Shown: piece by piece, positions 39,356 through 47,974 of the stretch
Position numbering within the stretch: position 1 is the first letter of the stretch
Layout: every line of letters begins with the position of its first letter
Source: Poseidonia sp.
GTDB lineage: Archaea; Thermoplasmatota; Poseidoniia; Poseidoniales; Poseidoniaceae
DNA length: 64,000 bases
Assembly (NCBI GenBank): GCA_030827365.1
Contig: JAUREO010000002.1
Span: forward strand, 10,928 to 74,927
Direction: 5' to 3'
The notes under the pieces: model-generated
Database searches by the model: none
Told to the model about the DNA's origin: nothing
The model's input: the letters and a program-made list of their open reading frames with translations, nothing else
Made by a program: the position numbers and the translations under genes

Positions 39356-40523
39356 CTTCGGTTAGTGAAGGACGACCGATCAAGATTTGTATGGTCAATT
39401 CCCAGTCATTGCCGGGGTCTGGGTCTGGCATACCTGGAACAAATGAATCAGGGTCAGATTGGTCAGCACTCACAATCCATATCCATTCTCCAAGGCCATT
39501 GAGTGTAGCGTTCCCACGGAGCAATTCGAAAAGGAGTTGTTCCTTCGAGTCAGAAGAGTACAACGCATTTTCAGGTTGGATGTTGAATTCAAGTATTTCG
39601 ATTTCAGCCTTCGCAGATTCTTGGTTGGAGTAATTTCCTTCTTCTGTTTGTTTTGATGTTCGTAGACCATCATCCATGATTCGAAGAACGAGTGAAAAAT
39701 TATCATATGGTGGGGCAATATCTTGATCCAACTCGAGCAAGGCGCGAATTTCCATAATTCGACCAACCTCAGAAGGTGTCATATTGACTTCCCAAGATTC
39801 GCCTTGCTCAAGGTATTCATCCCAAGAATATTCGATGGTTTCGTAAATCCAAACAACCTCATAAAGTCGTTGGACAATGGAGATCTCAAATGTTCCATAA
39901 GAGCTCGCACCTTGTCCATCGCTTACAACGACACTACCTTTGAGAACGCCGGAAGAAGTAGTCGGTACAATGACCGTTGCTTCAGCAGCATCGACATCAT
40001 TTCTTGGGTCTGTATCCCCGTCGGTATCTTGAGTCCAATCAAGGTCCCAAGCAAACATGAGCTGTGCACCTTCTGGGTCATAGGTTGCAGATGCATCGAA
40101 AAGAATTGAATCACCAGCCCGTACTTGCTCGGGGAATGTTAGGTTAAGCATCGGAGCACCATTGACTGTGATAACTTGAGTGGATTCGTCGGTGCCACCT
40201 TGGTCGTTGGTCACCTTTACGGTCACAGTATACTGACCAAATTGGAGATAACTATGTGAAGTAAAGGCAGAAACTGTTTCGGCTGTTTGACCATCACCAA
40301 AATCCCATTCATATGAAACAAGCACACCCTCTACTGCACTTGACTCTCTGGCATCAAGTGTGACCATCTCGCCAACCTGAATCAATTGGGGATAGGCGAC
40401 GAGTTCTGCACGAGGATTGACTGTCGTATCCAAAATACCTGTGCAACCAGCAGTGACTTGGCAAAGCAGAAGAAGGGTGAACAACAGGCTTGAGGACTTC
40501 ATTCGTCCTATCGCTCGTTGCAT
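39330..40523 (-). CDS. secreted lipoprotein-like protein with two PKD domains
   Basis: Signal peptide plus lipobox-like LLLCQVTAGCTG. PKD signatures (VLVSYEWDFGDGQT...TVTVKVTNDQGG and MFAWDLDWTQDTDGD). Confidence 0.6.
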   Translation of the reverse strand: MQRAIGRMKSSSLLFTLLLLCQVTAGCTGILDTTVNPRAELVAYPQLIQVGEMVTLDARESSAVEGVLVSYEWDFGDGQTAETVSAFTSHSYLQFGQYTVTVKVTNDQGGTDESTQVITVNGAPMLNLTFPEQVRAGDSILFDASATYDPEGAQLMFAWDLDWTQDTDGDTDPRNDVDAAEATVIVPTTSSGVLKGSVVVSDGQGASSYGTFEISIVQRLYEVVWIYETIEYSWDEYLEQGESWEVNMTPSEVGRIMEIRALLELDQDIAPPYDNFSLVLRIMDDGLRTSKQTEEGNYSNQESAKAEIEILEFNIQPENALYSSDSKEQLLFELLRGNATLNGLGEWIWIVSADQSDPDSFVPGMPDPDPGNDWELTIQILIGRPSLTEVATNESSM

Positions 40524-40588
40524 GAATTTGCGTATTGGTTCTCCTTTCTAATAGTTCGTCTTCATCATGTCAAGGTGTCTTTGTTTTC

Positions 40589-40954
40589 TTACAAGTTGAC
40601 TTGATGCGAAATATCCCCAAGAATTTCCGCGTCCTCATATGGGTCATCAAGGTTTGAAACATCAACGATTTCGACTTCGTTGGTTGTCGAAAAATCTTCC
40701 ATTTCATTGCTGGCAAGAATCACATTGACATCTACTTCACCAACATCGTACTCGGGTGTTGCAACCTCAACTTTTTGTTCAATGGATGTATCATCATCAT
40801 CTTCGAAAAGGACCTCCGCTGATTGTTCAAATTCTTCTTTCATGTCATTAAACTGTTCTCGAAGCAAATCGTCTTCATCCAAAGGTTCGCCATCGCTCTT
40901 TTGCTTTGCTGACGAAAAAAATCGACGAAGCCAATCAGTTAGCGCCATGTTCAA
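40589..40954 (-). CDS. small highly acidic hypothetical protein
   Basis: 121 aa, rich in D/E (EEFEQSAEVLFEDDDDTSIEQ). No motif. Confidence 0.35.
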   Translation of the reverse strand: MNMALTDWLRRFFSSAKQKSDGEPLDEDDLLREQFNDMKEEFEQSAEVLFEDDDDTSIEQKVEVATPEYDVGEVDVNVILASNEMEDFSTTNEVEIVDVSNLDDPYEDAEILGDISHQVNL

Positions 40955-41006
40955 CCAAAATAGCTCCTCCTATGAGAATGATGTGAAGACTTGACTCAAT
41001 GGAAAA

Positions 41007-41867
41007 GTGCGTGATGTTCAAATGCCTGCACATCTCGTTGGATTCATGGGTGTTGATTTCTTTGAAGGTGAACGCGTGCTCGCGTTTGACTTAGAAACCA
41101 CTGGAATTTCCACTTCAAGAGACCGGATTGTCCAATATGCTCTCATTGGCTCAGATGTCGATGGTACCTCAATTCACTTGGACAAATTGGTTCATCCACA
41201 ACGCAAAATTCCGAGAGATTCAAGTGAAATCCACGGAATATTCGATGCAGATGTTCAGGATGCCGAGCCTTTTTCTCACCATTCAAAAAAACTTGCTGAA
41301 CTGATGAATGGTGCTATTATTGTGGGCCATAATGTCCGCCAATTCGACCTTGCTATGCTCGAACAAGAATTTCTTCGTCTCGGTCAACTTGCTCCGAAAC
41401 CTAAAGCAATTTTTGACACGCTTGAAATTGTAAGAAGACTCAAAGTTCCGCGGCCACACAATTTGGGAAGTCTGTGTCGCCGACATCATATCGATTTATC
41501 AAACGCCCATACCGCTGGGGCAGATGCTGCTGCAACGCTTCTGCTTTTTTGGCAACTCTCACTCGATTACGCCCCCATGTTTCGAAAATCCATTGAGGAA
41601 TTAGAACGCTGGTTTGCCCATGGTGATATCACAAATCAAGACGCTTCGGAATTAGGTCGAAGTCTTGATGATTTACCACTTGTCGACTCCGAAGGAAAAA
41701 TTCGCAGAGATGGAGACCAGCTCATCCTCGCTTTTGGCAGACATCGCGGCGAGGATGTAAAAATCGTAGCAAAGGATGACCCCGCCTATCTCCATTGGAT
41801 GTTATCGCCAAATGGATTAGATGATGAGCATATTCGAACTGTTATTCGAAATTACATCAATGCTTGA
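41007..41867 (+). CDS. DnaQ-like DEDDh 3'-5' exonuclease with about 110-aa C-terminal extension
   Basis: Exo I VLAFDLETTG, Exo II GHNVRQFDLAMLEQEF and Exo III HTAGADAAAT (H-x4-D). Extra C-terminal domain of unknown type (GRHRGEDVKIVAKDDPAYLHWML). Confidence 0.75.
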   Translation: MRDVQMPAHLVGFMGVDFFEGERVLAFDLETTGISTSRDRIVQYALIGSDVDGTSIHLDKLVHPQRKIPRDSSEIHGIFDADVQDAEPFSHHSKKLAELMNGAIIVGHNVRQFDLAMLEQEFLRLGQLAPKPKAIFDTLEIVRRLKVPRPHNLGSLCRRHHIDLSNAHTAGADAAATLLLFWQLSLDYAPMFRKSIEELERWFAHGDITNQDASELGRSLDDLPLVDSEGKIRRDGDQLILAFGRHRGEDVKIVAKDDPAYLHWMLSPNGLDDEHIRTVIRNYINA

Positions 41868-43018
41868 CCTTGATCTGAGATAGGATTCCATGGAAGTACA
41901 TCGCACCAATGGCCAACTCGAATTGAATCATTTCGCATCATGGCTGAAGAGATAAATGTGACACCTTTGTGCGAATCCCACATTTCTTCAAACGCTTCTT
42001 TTCCTCTTCCATCAAAATTCGCCGTAAAACGTTGGCCGGTTGGGAGAGGGTGTCCCTCGGTTGAGGATGGCTCACACAATTCAACAATCGCTACACCACT
42101 TGATTCATCGTAGCTATGGATGAGGACAACCATATCCATGAAGTCGCCCGAGTGCAACGTTCCAGTTGCTTGACGCCAATTCCACCAATGCGGGCACCAC
42201 GCCTTAAAATCGCAAAATCCTCCACAGGTTTCCTCTCCAGGAATTGCTGGAAGGGGTTGATCGGATATCTGTGTTGCTTCCCAAGCTGCGTACGCGTCTT
42301 CAAGAACGCTTGGTCCCGATGCTGGCCATTTTGAAGCCGTTTTTGTGTACCAACCTTCGGTACGAACTTCTGGGGCATTCGGATTATTGGCAAGTAATAT
42401 GTCTCTGTACATTCGGAGTTGACGATTGACTTCTTCCTTCAACTTCGTCTCTGGTGCATTTCCTGTTTTCAAATCTGCAACCAACCAACCAGTCATGTTG
42501 CCATCCATATCAACATCAGCGAGAAGTAAATCAAGTCGGCCCATGAGGCGACCATCGCGGGTTTTTAATTCTCCTTCTACAGCGATGACATGTTGTTGCA
42601 ATTTTTTCCACAAACCATAGGAAATTCGCTCTGGAGCAAGGCCTTTGACCCCGATATGATCAAGAAGCATGATGACTCCACCTCGCTGCTGTCGTTTTGC
42701 TTCAGTGAATTGTTCTTCTTTCCACATCGGACGGCGGGGAGTTGATAGAAAGACCGCTTTTTCTTCGTCCCATCGGTTTTGAAGCATCTGCAATGCACAA
42801 TCAGGAAACCACCCCATTTCCATATCTTCTTGGTCAGAAATGTCCATGTTGAGTAAATCTTCAATCGAAGCGTGAACGGCCGTTCCAAGCGATGCAGCCA
42901 TGCCCGCTTTGCGAGGGAAGCCTTGACGACTTAACCAATACATACGTGGACAAGTTTCGTATCTATTCCATGCAGAGGGCGAGAGTTGATGTTTTCGCTC
43001 CTCTTTGTCCTCGGTCAT
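41852..43018 (-). CDS. standalone Cas4/Exo5-like PD-(D/E)xK nuclease with four-Cys Fe-S cluster and C-terminal extension
   Basis: SPSAWNRYETCPRMYWL (Cys 1). GRLDLLLADVDMDGNMTGWLVADLKTG (D...D/ExK). QLRMYRDILL (QxxxY). CGGFCDFKAWC (Cys 2-4). About 120 extra C-terminal residues. 3' end overlaps the DnaQ-like gene by 16 bp (convergent). Confidence 0.65.
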   Translation of the reverse strand: MTEDKEERKHQLSPSAWNRYETCPRMYWLSRQGFPRKAGMAASLGTAVHASIEDLLNMDISDQEDMEMGWFPDCALQMLQNRWDEEKAVFLSTPRRPMWKEEQFTEAKRQQRGGVIMLLDHIGVKGLAPERISYGLWKKLQQHVIAVEGELKTRDGRLMGRLDLLLADVDMDGNMTGWLVADLKTGNAPETKLKEEVNRQLRMYRDILLANNPNAPEVRTEGWYTKTASKWPASGPSVLEDAYAAWEATQISDQPLPAIPGEETCGGFCDFKAWCPHWWNWRQATGTLHSGDFMDMVVLIHSYDESSGVAIVELCEPSSTEGHPLPTGQRFTANFDGRGKEAFEEMWDSHKGVTFISSAMMRNDSIRVGHWCDVLPWNPISDQGQALM

Positions 43019-43103
43019 GCTTGTTGGTCACCCTCAAGAATGATGAAGGCTTTGATTCTAAACTTAGGAAAGATTTGATACCTAAGGCGATCAAGCAACG
43101 ATT

Positions 43104-43904
43104 ATGGAAGGCCCAATTGTGAAACTCAACAAGCCGGTAAAAGAAAAAACATTGGTCATTACCTGTTTTCCAAGCATCGGCATGGTATCAAGCATCGTAG
43201 CTCACTACCTCATTGATAACCTCGAATTGGAATTTGTTGGCGGCGTGATTGATGACCGCCTCCCTCCTCTTGCTATCGTTAAAAATGGGGAGCCACTCCC
43301 TCCAATCCGGGCTTACAGTGGAAAACGAAAATGTTCGATTCGTGGGTGCGATGAAGTCATTCTCCTCATGAGTGAACTTGTTGTTCCCGACCCTCTTGTT
43401 CATCGATTAGTCTGGTCCATGTTAGAATGGTCGAAAGAAAACAATATCGAAGCGGGCGTTCTTATCGATGCATTCGCAAAAGATGGTTTGAGCGGTTCTC
43501 TCGATGGTTCTGAGCCTGTCATCAACTATGAGGATACTGAAGCTATCGATGTCATTGGTATCGGGGCAAATGAAACCACACGCGAACTTTTGTCCAGCAT
43601 GGGTATCCAATTAGCTGAAAGTGGCGTGGTTCGAGGAATGAATGGTGGATTGCTTGCTGAAGCCATGCGACGAGGCATCGATACCATGTCTTTGATGGTC
43701 GAAGCAGACCCTCGCTTTCCAGATGCCAGAGCTGCAGCCGCCCTCATTGAACATCTCAATCTCCTCCTACCAACCATTGACCTCGACCATAAACCACTCC
43801 TGCAAGAAGCAGAAGAAATCGAATTGTCCATCAAAGCGATGATGGAAGGAATGGATCTCAATTTGGAACACTCATCAGGACCAAATTCAATGCTCTACGG
43901 CTGA
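43104..43904 (+). CDS. PAC2-family proteasome assembly chaperone homolog (paralog 2)
   Basis: LVITCFPSIGMVSSIVAHYLI...EADPRFPDARAAAALIEHL. Same PDARAAA core as the 29644..30426 protein. Confidence 0.65.
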   Translation: MEGPIVKLNKPVKEKTLVITCFPSIGMVSSIVAHYLIDNLELEFVGGVIDDRLPPLAIVKNGEPLPPIRAYSGKRKCSIRGCDEVILLMSELVVPDPLVHRLVWSMLEWSKENNIEAGVLIDAFAKDGLSGSLDGSEPVINYEDTEAIDVIGIGANETTRELLSSMGIQLAESGVVRGMNGGLLAEAMRRGIDTMSLMVEADPRFPDARAAAALIEHLNLLLPTIDLDHKPLLQEAEEIELSIKAMMEGMDLNLEHSSGPNSMLYG

Positions 43905-44459
43905 AGACGTTCGAAAATACATCACGATATTGGCAATTCCAATGCCAAGGAGTATTATTGAGAACCACATCGGTGCAAGAAACAATGTGTCGTAAGGAAG
44001 ATGGGCGAAATCAAGTAGGGATTCACCTCTTGAAAAGCGGCCTCCGAGTGATGCAGTGAGTAATATTGTACCAACAGCAGTCATACCTATCGAAGCATGA
44101 GCAACAGCACTCTTCATGTTGGACCAAACTTCAAAACCAAACTTTTTCCTCACCATCAAAACGGCAATAGCAAGGCCAATGCCACTCATTGAAAGAAATA
44201 ATTTCGTTGCGAGAATAGAAGATTGAACATCATCTCCTGGACTTGACTGAATCCCTGAAAAAATGGCTAAGGGGGTCGCAAGTAAACCAAACACAAGGGC
44301 ACCATGAGCAATGGTATCAGCTTTTTTTATCAAGATCTCAAATTTCCAAATGTTCATCACACCAAGAACGCTGAGAAGAAAGCACGCCCCTGAAAGGGCA
44401 AATGCACCCACCACCATTTCAGTTCCAACCACATGTAATGTTGGAGGTGTTGGAAGCAT
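43887..44459 (-). CDS. membrane protein (5 TM), hypothetical
   Basis: Hydrophobic helices throughout. Last gene of a three-gene minus-strand operon; start and stop overlap with the upstream gene. Confidence 0.4.
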   Translation of the reverse strand: MLPTPPTLHVVGTEMVVGAFALSGACFLLSVLGVMNIWKFEILIKKADTIAHGALVFGLLATPLAIFSGIQSSPGDDVQSSILATKLFLSMSGIGLAIAVLMVRKKFGFEVWSNMKSAVAHASIGMTAVGTILLTASLGGRFSRGESLLDFAHLPYDTLFLAPMWFSIILLGIGIANIVMYFRTSSAVEH

Positions 44460-45451
44460 CAGAGTTCCCCTCCTTGGTCATCGTCTTCATCTTCTATGAA
44501 TAGGAAATTTTTCTGTTGGGTTTGACGTGGTGATGACATCAGTGTTGCGAGGGCGAGATAAAATCCACAAGAAAAGATGAGGAGTGAAATGGATTGAATA
44601 TACATTGCAGTATTGTCAATGTCGATGTTATCGTTCAAACTTGAAATTTGTAGCCAAGGGGTGGTCTGCTCGATGTCGTTTCCTTGTAATGTGACTCGCC
44701 ATTCTACAATGTCAGGGGATAATGTGGCTGGAATGACGATTTCCCAACGCTGTTCATCTTCTTGCTCGGCTACAAAACTATGGGTCTGCCCACCTTGTAA
44801 ACGCCATTCCACAAGCACACTCTCAACCTCGATGGTGGAAAGGACAAATGCAGTTTCCTCACCATTGTTTCGCTGTGTTGGGAGGATTGTGTTAGAATCG
44901 ATTCGTGGTAAGTTTTCGGGGACAGGTAACACCTCAATTTGTATGGGCTGGTCAGATATACCAAAGAATGGTGTGTCACTTTGTTGTGCCGAACCATGAT
45001 GAACAGATGCATAAAATGTGTAGATCCCACTGCTCGTAGGTGCTCGTAGCACCCATTCAACAGCGATACTTGAACCAGAATGTTGCACCTCAAGATAATT
45101 TTCGTTGCCTCCCCCTGAATGACTTATTGTGGTCCAATCTTCATCTTCAGGTGTGTCCTCAAAACCGGTGGTATCGGTAAGAAGAAAGACCCCGATGAGA
45201 CTCGTTTGAAGTTGGTCAAGATTGGATACTTCTACTCGAACTGAAGTTGGTAATCCTGCGTATGCCGTCGAAGTTTGTTCCAATGTAATTGTATAGGGAG
45301 ATGTTGCATTCAAATCTGCATCGCCATGGCACGCTCCGCCGCATTGCATGTCTTGCGTGGATGGGCCAACACCACCTGGATTGGCTTGAGAAAATGATGA
45401 AAGAATCAAGAGTCCGATGAAAAGAACAAGTGTCTTCGTTGAAGGTTTCAT
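44459..45451 (-). CDS. secreted protein with C-terminal TM anchor, hypothetical
   Basis: Signal peptide MKPSTKTLVLFIGLLILSSFSQA. Thr/Ser-rich beta region. C-terminal anchor ISLLIFSCGFYLALATLM followed by an acidic tail. ATGA overlap with the upstream gene. Confidence 0.45.
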   Translation of the reverse strand: MKPSTKTLVLFIGLLILSSFSQANPGGVGPSTQDMQCGGACHGDADLNATSPYTITLEQTSTAYAGLPTSVRVEVSNLDQLQTSLIGVFLLTDTTGFEDTPEDEDWTTISHSGGGNENYLEVQHSGSSIAVEWVLRAPTSSGIYTFYASVHHGSAQQSDTPFFGISDQPIQIEVLPVPENLPRIDSNTILPTQRNNGEETAFVLSTIEVESVLVEWRLQGGQTHSFVAEQEDEQRWEIVIPATLSPDIVEWRVTLQGNDIEQTTPWLQISSLNDNIDIDNTAMYIQSISLLIFSCGFYLALATLMSSPRQTQQKNFLFIEDEDDDQGGEL

Positions 45452-47949
45452 TGTGAAGCCCCCTTTCTAAACATCAAAAGAAAGACAACAACTCCTGCAA
45501 GAAGGATGACTGTTGAAAACAATATTGGGAGCATTGGAGTTTGTTCGGCTTCCAGTTGAACTTGGCTAAAATCAATGGTTTCAGATTGACTTTGTCCTGC
45601 TTGTAATTCTTGGTCGTTCACGACTGGAACGATAGAGAACGACTGCTCGATAGCCAGACTGCTCTGTCCATCAAAGGTGAGCCTACTCGTCTCGCCAATC
45701 AATCGGCCATCTTCATAAATTCGAAACAGTGCATCTGGACCATCCCATGCCCATGAAAGTGAAAATTTCTCTTGTGATTGCTCAAGAATGACATTTGAAA
45801 CTCTCGGGCCTTGGACAGACTGGAATGTTTGTTTTGTTTCTGACATTGCACCGGATGAATCTGTCACCATAAGTTTGACTTCAAAATTTGTAGGTGCAAT
45901 GATTTCCAAAACTGAGTCAGACCCGACAAAGCGACTTTGACCATCACCTGTATTAAGATACCAAGCAAATGAGACAAGACTGCCATCGGGGTCAAAAGAT
46001 GTTGATGCATCGTATCGTACTATTTCCCCAGTCCATACCACCTCGGACTGAATTTCGAAATCCGCCGTGGGTGGCGCATTTTGGATCATGAAGGTGAATT
46101 CAAATGTTTGTCCTTCATCGTCACCATCTGACAATTCTATCACTAATTTCCATTGTTGTCCTGGGCCAACTTTGGATGCCGGAACGACCATTTCATCATC
46201 GAGGGTACCATCACGAAATCCATTTCTATACCATGATATTGAATAATCAATGCTATCATCATCAGCGTCAAAAAACGAAATTGAAGGTACTAAATCCTGC
46301 TTGGCAATTGGCTGTTCTTCTAATTCAACTGCAACGGTTGGAATCGAATTAAGAATAAGCACGGAAGCCGAAGTTGTCACTTCACTCACATCTTCACCAT
46401 CCGATAGTACGACAGATGCACTCCATTGATCCCCTTTTTTGGTGTATTCGCTTGGTAAGGTTGTTGAAATTCCTGTGTCAACTGATGCTTCACCATTGTT
46501 CCACATGACCGAAAAAATGGAGATTGCATCTCCATCTGCATCCGTTGCTGCAAAATCAAACGTCAAGTCTTCGTCTGATGGATTTTCAATTGAACCAAGA
46601 GTAATACTCATGAGGTGTGGTGGAGAATTTTGAATGAGAATGAGGTCGGATGGAGTCCAATTCGACCAACCAAATCCGTCGAACACACGAACTATCGCTT
46701 GCCATGATTCGCCTTTCGTTGTGCTCGATGAAGGCAAAGTAGCACGTGTTTGCTCTTCAACTTCAACACCATCACGAAGCCAAGAAATTTGATGCTCTTG
46801 TTCGGTATCACCCTCTTCATCTGCGATGGTCCATGCGACAACAATGTCATCGGACGATGTTGGGGTTGAAGGCGTAACTGAAATCGAAGTTATCGTTGGT
46901 CCTGAGTTATTTGAACCAACAAAAACACTAGGGCTTGTCACTTCAACCGAATCAATGCCATCATCGAGAACAAGGACGGCTTCCCAAGTATCACCAATCC
47001 TTGTCGCAAGGCTTGGTACGGTCGTGAGGTTATCGAGACTGTCGATTCTTTGCCCATCAACTTTCCAAAATAAGGAGGATGAAATGCTATCACCATCATC
47101 ATCTGTGGTTGAAAAAGTGGCCAAAAGGTCATCTTCGGTTACTGGTTGGGTGGGTGAAATCACAAATTCGACGGCTGAAGGAAGAGTATTCGTGATAGTA
47201 ATGGTTGCCGAGGTTACACTTTGACCTGTATCGAACCCATCAGAAGGCGTGACCACAACAGACCACTGCTCGCCTCTGGTGGTTTGGGATGATAGCACCG
47301 TGGTTGTCGTAACACCTGTGACAAGCGAGCCATCTTTGAACCACTGAATGGTTGTTCCTGATTGCTCATCACCGTCGAGGTCAAAATAATCGTAACTGAG
47401 AACCAAATCGTCGCTCGTAGTAGGGTTCTCAGGACTGATGACAACATTTGAGACTGAAGGAGGATTGTTTGCATCAACAAATTCTGAAATCTGGACGGAT
47501 GCTGTCCCTTTAATGTCATTTTTATTGGAACCGCCACCATCTGCATTCAACACAGCGACACTGATGGTCACATCACCGCTACCGATGGTAGGTGCTGTCC
47601 AATCGACCTGCCAAGCGTTACGTTGGAAATCGTTGTGGGTTGCTGAGAGTTTATTCGTCGATATTTGAACCATCGTACCAGGATTGGACAATTCACCTTT
47701 GGTGACCTGCAGTGAAAAACCACCTGTTGAATGGACAGGATTGACCGAACTAATGTTGATTGTGTAAGTCGTACCAGCAACATAAGCCGAGGGATATCCT
47801 TCAAGTGTTGGCGTTAACAAAGATGATGGTGTGTGACACGAACACCCACTTGAACTGTTGAAAACACCATCATCCCTACTTTGGCTCAGCGGCGTGGCAA
47901 AAAGCGAAACAAGGAGAAGAGTAGAGAGCAGCAGCGTTCTAACCTTCAT
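45448..47949 (-). CDS. surface protein with at least 5 tandem Ig/cadherin-like (PKD-like) repeats of about 95 aa, C-terminal TM anchor
   Basis: Signal peptide MKVRTLLLSTLLLVSLFATPLSQS. Repeated SDDLVLSYDYFDLDGDE...WFKDG / DDLLATFSTTDDDGDS...WKVDG / SDDIVVAWTIADEEGDT...WLRDG / DEDLTFDFAATDADGDA...WNNGE / FFDADDDSIDYSISWYRNG blocks. C-terminal LPILFSTVILLAGVVVFLLMF. Start set at the internal ATG. Confidence 0.6.
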   Translation of the reverse strand: MKVRTLLLSTLLLVSLFATPLSQSRDDGVFNSSSGCSCHTPSSLLTPTLEGYPSAYVAGTTYTINISSVNPVHSTGGFSLQVTKGELSNPGTMVQISTNKLSATHNDFQRNAWQVDWTAPTIGSGDVTISVAVLNADGGGSNKNDIKGTASVQISEFVDANNPPSVSNVVISPENPTTSDDLVLSYDYFDLDGDEQSGTTIQWFKDGSLVTGVTTTTVLSSQTTRGEQWSVVVTPSDGFDTGQSVTSATITITNTLPSAVEFVISPTQPVTEDDLLATFSTTDDDGDSISSSLFWKVDGQRIDSLDNLTTVPSLATRIGDTWEAVLVLDDGIDSVEVTSPSVFVGSNNSGPTITSISVTPSTPTSSDDIVVAWTIADEEGDTEQEHQISWLRDGVEVEEQTRATLPSSSTTKGESWQAIVRVFDGFGWSNWTPSDLILIQNSPPHLMSITLGSIENPSDEDLTFDFAATDADGDAISIFSVMWNNGEASVDTGISTTLPSEYTKKGDQWSASVVLSDGEDVSEVTTSASVLILNSIPTVAVELEEQPIAKQDLVPSISFFDADDDSIDYSISWYRNGFRDGTLDDEMVVPASKVGPGQQWKLVIELSDGDDEGQTFEFTFMIQNAPPTADFEIQSEVVWTGEIVRYDASTSFDPDGSLVSFAWYLNTGDGQSRFVGSDSVLEIIAPTNFEVKLMVTDSSGAMSETKQTFQSVQGPRVSNVILEQSQEKFSLSWAWDGPDALFRIYEDGRLIGETSRLTFDGQSSLAIEQSFSIVPVVNDQELQAGQSQSETIDFSQVQLEAEQTPMLPILFSTVILLAGVVVFLLMFRKGASQ

Positions 47950-47974
47950 AGACAGAAAATCATGGTGGAGTTTT

